A DNA stretch of 36,809 nt from positions 1 to 36,809 of IMG/VR virus record IMGVR_UViG_3300032218_000799; one strand, written 5' to 3'. A program made the translations under genes and the position numbers. The notes beneath the pieces are model-generated. The model saw nothing but the letters and a program-made list of their open reading frames with translations. It was not told the DNA's origin and searched no databases. Position 1 is the stretch's first letter; the number at the start of each line of letters is the position of its first letter. Below are positions 34,381 through 36,809 of this stretch, piece after piece. Source of the stretch: a virus (taxonomy: Duplodnaviria; Caudoviricetes).

Positions 34381-36764
34381 TGGCTGATTATGTAAAAAAT
34401 AAACAAGTTGAAGATGCTAAAAAGTTTCTTGCTTGGGCTAAAGAAAATGCTAAAAAACACGGTGCAAAAAGCGAGATTTCTTCGTTTGGTAGTTTAACCA
34501 GCAAATATATTGTTAGAGATTATAATACTTGGGGCGATGTTGTTGTTGATGCTCAAAAGCAATTAGATGATGCTTTTAAAAAAGCATCTACTACTGGCGC
34601 AGTTCAAACTGCAAAACTTCCTTTAAGTAATAAAGAAAGAACAGCACAAGAATATTTAGATTGGGCTAAAGGACAAGCTAAAAAACACGGCGTTAAAAGT
34701 GAAATTTCTTCGTTTGATAGTTTAACCAGCAAATATATTATTAACAATTTTAATACTTGGGGCGATGTTCTTGCAAACGCTCAAGAAGTTGCTGGCTTAG
34801 TTCCTGATGCTTCTCTTAAATCTACACAGACACCTGCATCTACACCAACACCTAAACCTACATCTACACCAACAGTAAAACCAACAGTAAAACCAACAGA
34901 TGAAAATAAAATTAAACAACTTGAAACTGAATTAGATAAAGCTAGAATAGCACGGCATAATGCACAAATGGATTTTGATATTGCAAATCCAAAAGATCCA
35001 AATTATCAAAAAATTGTTGATACTCTAGCCAAAGTAAATAAAGAATATGATGCTGCTGCTGCTGCACTAAAAGTAAAAGGTGCTGTTGCTTATCAACAAC
35101 AGCAAGTAACTAATACAAAAACAAAAGCTTCTGAAGATGTTAAAACAGCAGAACAAAATCTTCAAGCTTTGCAATCTCAATTAATTAAAGCAAAAGATGC
35201 TGTTAAAACTGGTGACAAAAATGCTCTTAACCAAGTAACAGATATTCAAAAAAGAATTGAAGAAGTTAAAAAAATTATTGCTACAAAAAAACCTATTGCT
35301 GATGCTGGCAATACTCCTAGCACAACTTCTTCAAATCAAATACCACCATTTGACCCATCAAAAGCTTTTGATACTTCAAAGAATAATTTACCTAAAAATT
35401 ATACTGGTTGGGTAATTGGTCAAGACGAAAGTAAGTTTAATCAAACAGCAGCTGCAGCTGGATATTATAAAAATGGAAAACAAATAAGTAATGGTAATGA
35501 AAATTATTATTTAAGTTCAGACAGCAAAAATTGGTTATCATTCAATTTTCCTGATATTCCAAATAAACCTACTGCTAAAATTACAACACCTGGTGGTACA
35601 ACCGGTACGGGCGGTACAGCCGGTACGGGCGGTACGGGCGGTACGGGCGGTACGGGCGGTACAAGAGGTACGGGTAGTACGGGTAATGTCACCATTGGCG
35701 CAGATCAAGCAAGAGTTCAAGCAGATATGGGTAGAGGACCAGCTGCTGGTCCTAATGCAGCTACAGCAAATGCTCAGGGAGCAAAGCTTAGCGCTAATGC
35801 AGAAGCATTAGCTAAGTATGGTGTTCAAGCTTCTTTAATTGACTCAGATGCTTCACTTAGAAAACTTTTTGCAGATGCAATGGCAGAGGGTTGGGATGTT
35901 AATCGTTTTAAGGCTGAATTTCTTAATACCAAATGGGCCAAAGATCATGCTGCTACATGGCAAAATGCTGAAACAGCAAGGCTCTCAGCACCAGGAGATT
36001 ACGCCACATCTTATAACAGGATGCGTGATTTCCTAGCAAGAACTGCTGTGGCTATGGGTGAAACTCTTACACCAGATCAAATTGGTGGAGAAATGAAACA
36101 GCAGAAAGATGGCACTTGGGCTGTTGTTGATTCAAAGGGAAAAGTTAAAACAGGACGTACAGGCAGTTTGGCTGAATGGGCTTTGGATCAATCATGGGGC
36201 AAAGGGCTTGATACAGAAGCAGTTAAACAACATATTGCTCAAGTTGGAAAGATTAACCTTTCCTTGCCTGGTGGCGATGCTGCCAACTATATTCAACAAC
36301 TTAAAACCTTTGCTAATGATTATGGCCTCAATGGTTTAAATACTCAAAGCGGATCAAACTATATTACAGAAGCTGCCCAAAGTATTTTGTTAGGCAAATC
36401 AGATATTAATACCTGGAAAACAGACATAATCAACCAAGCTAAAAAGAATTATAGCGGATACGCTGCACAATTAGATGCAGGTATTTCTTTGCGTTCTTTG
36501 GCAAATCCTTATATCAATACCCTTTCTAACCTTCTTGAAGTTCCTTCAGATTCTATTGATCTTAGCGCATCAACCGGTTATGGCAAGATGGTTACAGATG
36601 CCCTTCGTGGCACAGATCCAAACAATCCAGGTTCTATGACTTTAAATCAATTTGAAACCAAAGTAAAGCAAGATCCACGTTGGGGATATACAACCAATGC
36701 TCGTGACACAGTAATGGGTGGGGTTGGTGGATTGCTTAAAACACTTGGAAAGGTTAGCGGATAA
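34380..36764 (+). CDS. Putative internal virion protein with repeat-rich N-terminal half
   Basis: 794 aa; duplicated module, PT linker, coiled coil, GGT repeats; C-terminal KQDPRWGYT.NAR. Confidence 0.6.
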   Translation: MADYVKNKQVEDAKKFLAWAKENAKKHGAKSEISSFGSLTSKYIVRDYNTWGDVVVDAQKQLDDAFKKASTTGAVQTAKLPLSNKERTAQEYLDWAKGQAKKHGVKSEISSFDSLTSKYIINNFNTWGDVLANAQEVAGLVPDASLKSTQTPASTPTPKPTSTPTVKPTVKPTDENKIKQLETELDKARIARHNAQMDFDIANPKDPNYQKIVDTLAKVNKEYDAAAAALKVKGAVAYQQQQVTNTKTKASEDVKTAEQNLQALQSQLIKAKDAVKTGDKNALNQVTDIQKRIEEVKKIIATKKPIADAGNTPSTTSSNQIPPFDPSKAFDTSKNNLPKNYTGWVIGQDESKFNQTAAAAGYYKNGKQISNGNENYYLSSDSKNWLSFNFPDIPNKPTAKITTPGGTTGTGGTAGTGGTGGTGGTGGTRGTGSTGNVTIGADQARVQADMGRGPAAGPNAATANAQGAKLSANAEALAKYGVQASLIDSDASLRKLFADAMAEGWDVNRFKAEFLNTKWAKDHAATWQNAETARLSAPGDYATSYNRMRDFLARTAVAMGETLTPDQIGGEMKQQKDGTWAVVDSKGKVKTGRTGSLAEWALDQSWGKGLDTEAVKQHIAQVGKINLSLPGGDAANYIQQLKTFANDYGLNGLNTQSGSNYITEAAQSILLGKSDINTWKTDIINQAKKNYSGYAAQLDAGISLRSLANPYINTLSNLLEVPSDSIDLSASTGYGKMVTDALRGTDPNNPGSMTLNQFETKVKQDPRWGYTTNARDTVMGGVGGLLKTLGKVSG
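34433..34769 (+). repeat. 109-bp imperfect intragenic duplication (34433-34541, 34661-34769)
   Basis: WAK..AKKHG.KSEISSF.SLTSKYI...NTWGDV present twice, offset 228 bp. Confidence 0.9.
35592..35684 (+). repeat. 9-bp tandem repeat GGTACGGGC (Gly-Thr-Gly)
   Basis: About 10 perfect or degenerate units, in frame. Confidence 0.9.
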
Positions 36765-36809
36765 TGGCTGCATCTGACGATAGATTTATATTGCAAGCTG
36801 CTAGACAAG
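36764..36809 (+). CDS. Start of the next structural-operon gene (truncated by the window)
   Basis: TAATG overlap; frame open to the window end. Confidence 0.5.
   Translation, partial: MAASDDRFILQAARQ

Noticed and set aside
1-36809. Prophage/lysogeny module, tRNA genes or stop-codon recoding
   Set aside because: No integrase, repressor, att-linked host genes or cloverleaf seen; genes tile densely under the standard code.

Overview
This window is a circularly permuted segment of a tailed dsDNA phage, most likely a podovirus-type phage of an actinobacterial host. The host inference rests on WhiB, leaderless TANNNT promoters and a replication module resembling cluster-A mycobacteriophages; the gene set resembles freshwater actinophages. 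Layout: 1-10839 tail/fibre genes with an inserted TPR-glycosyltransferase and small basic proteins; 10856-11941 lysis; 12173-18854 rightward replication/recombination module (split Cas4-like nuclease, DnaB-like helicase, resolvase, split primase, Ntn protease, EndoVII, sigma-like factor, no DNA polymerase); 18962-23547 leftward early/host-takeover genes (ArdC-like, half beta-clamp, WhiB, transglycosylase, many Cys-rich mini-proteins); 23600-24650 divergent non-coding region (probable genome-end junction); 24656-36809 terminase, portal and large putative internal virion proteins. No integrase, tRNA or CRISPR array was seen, and the major capsid gene is outside the window. Best candidate for a new system: the earliest leftward genes are separated by four covarying two-hairpin RNA elements, and all five units share a private TGGAAGG initiation motif. 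A hairpin in the 3' UTR of the leftward arm displays the complement (CCCUUCCAGG) in its loop, suggesting processed early mRNAs with an antisense-RNA shut-off switch. All homology calls are from motif recognition by eye; no searches were run.
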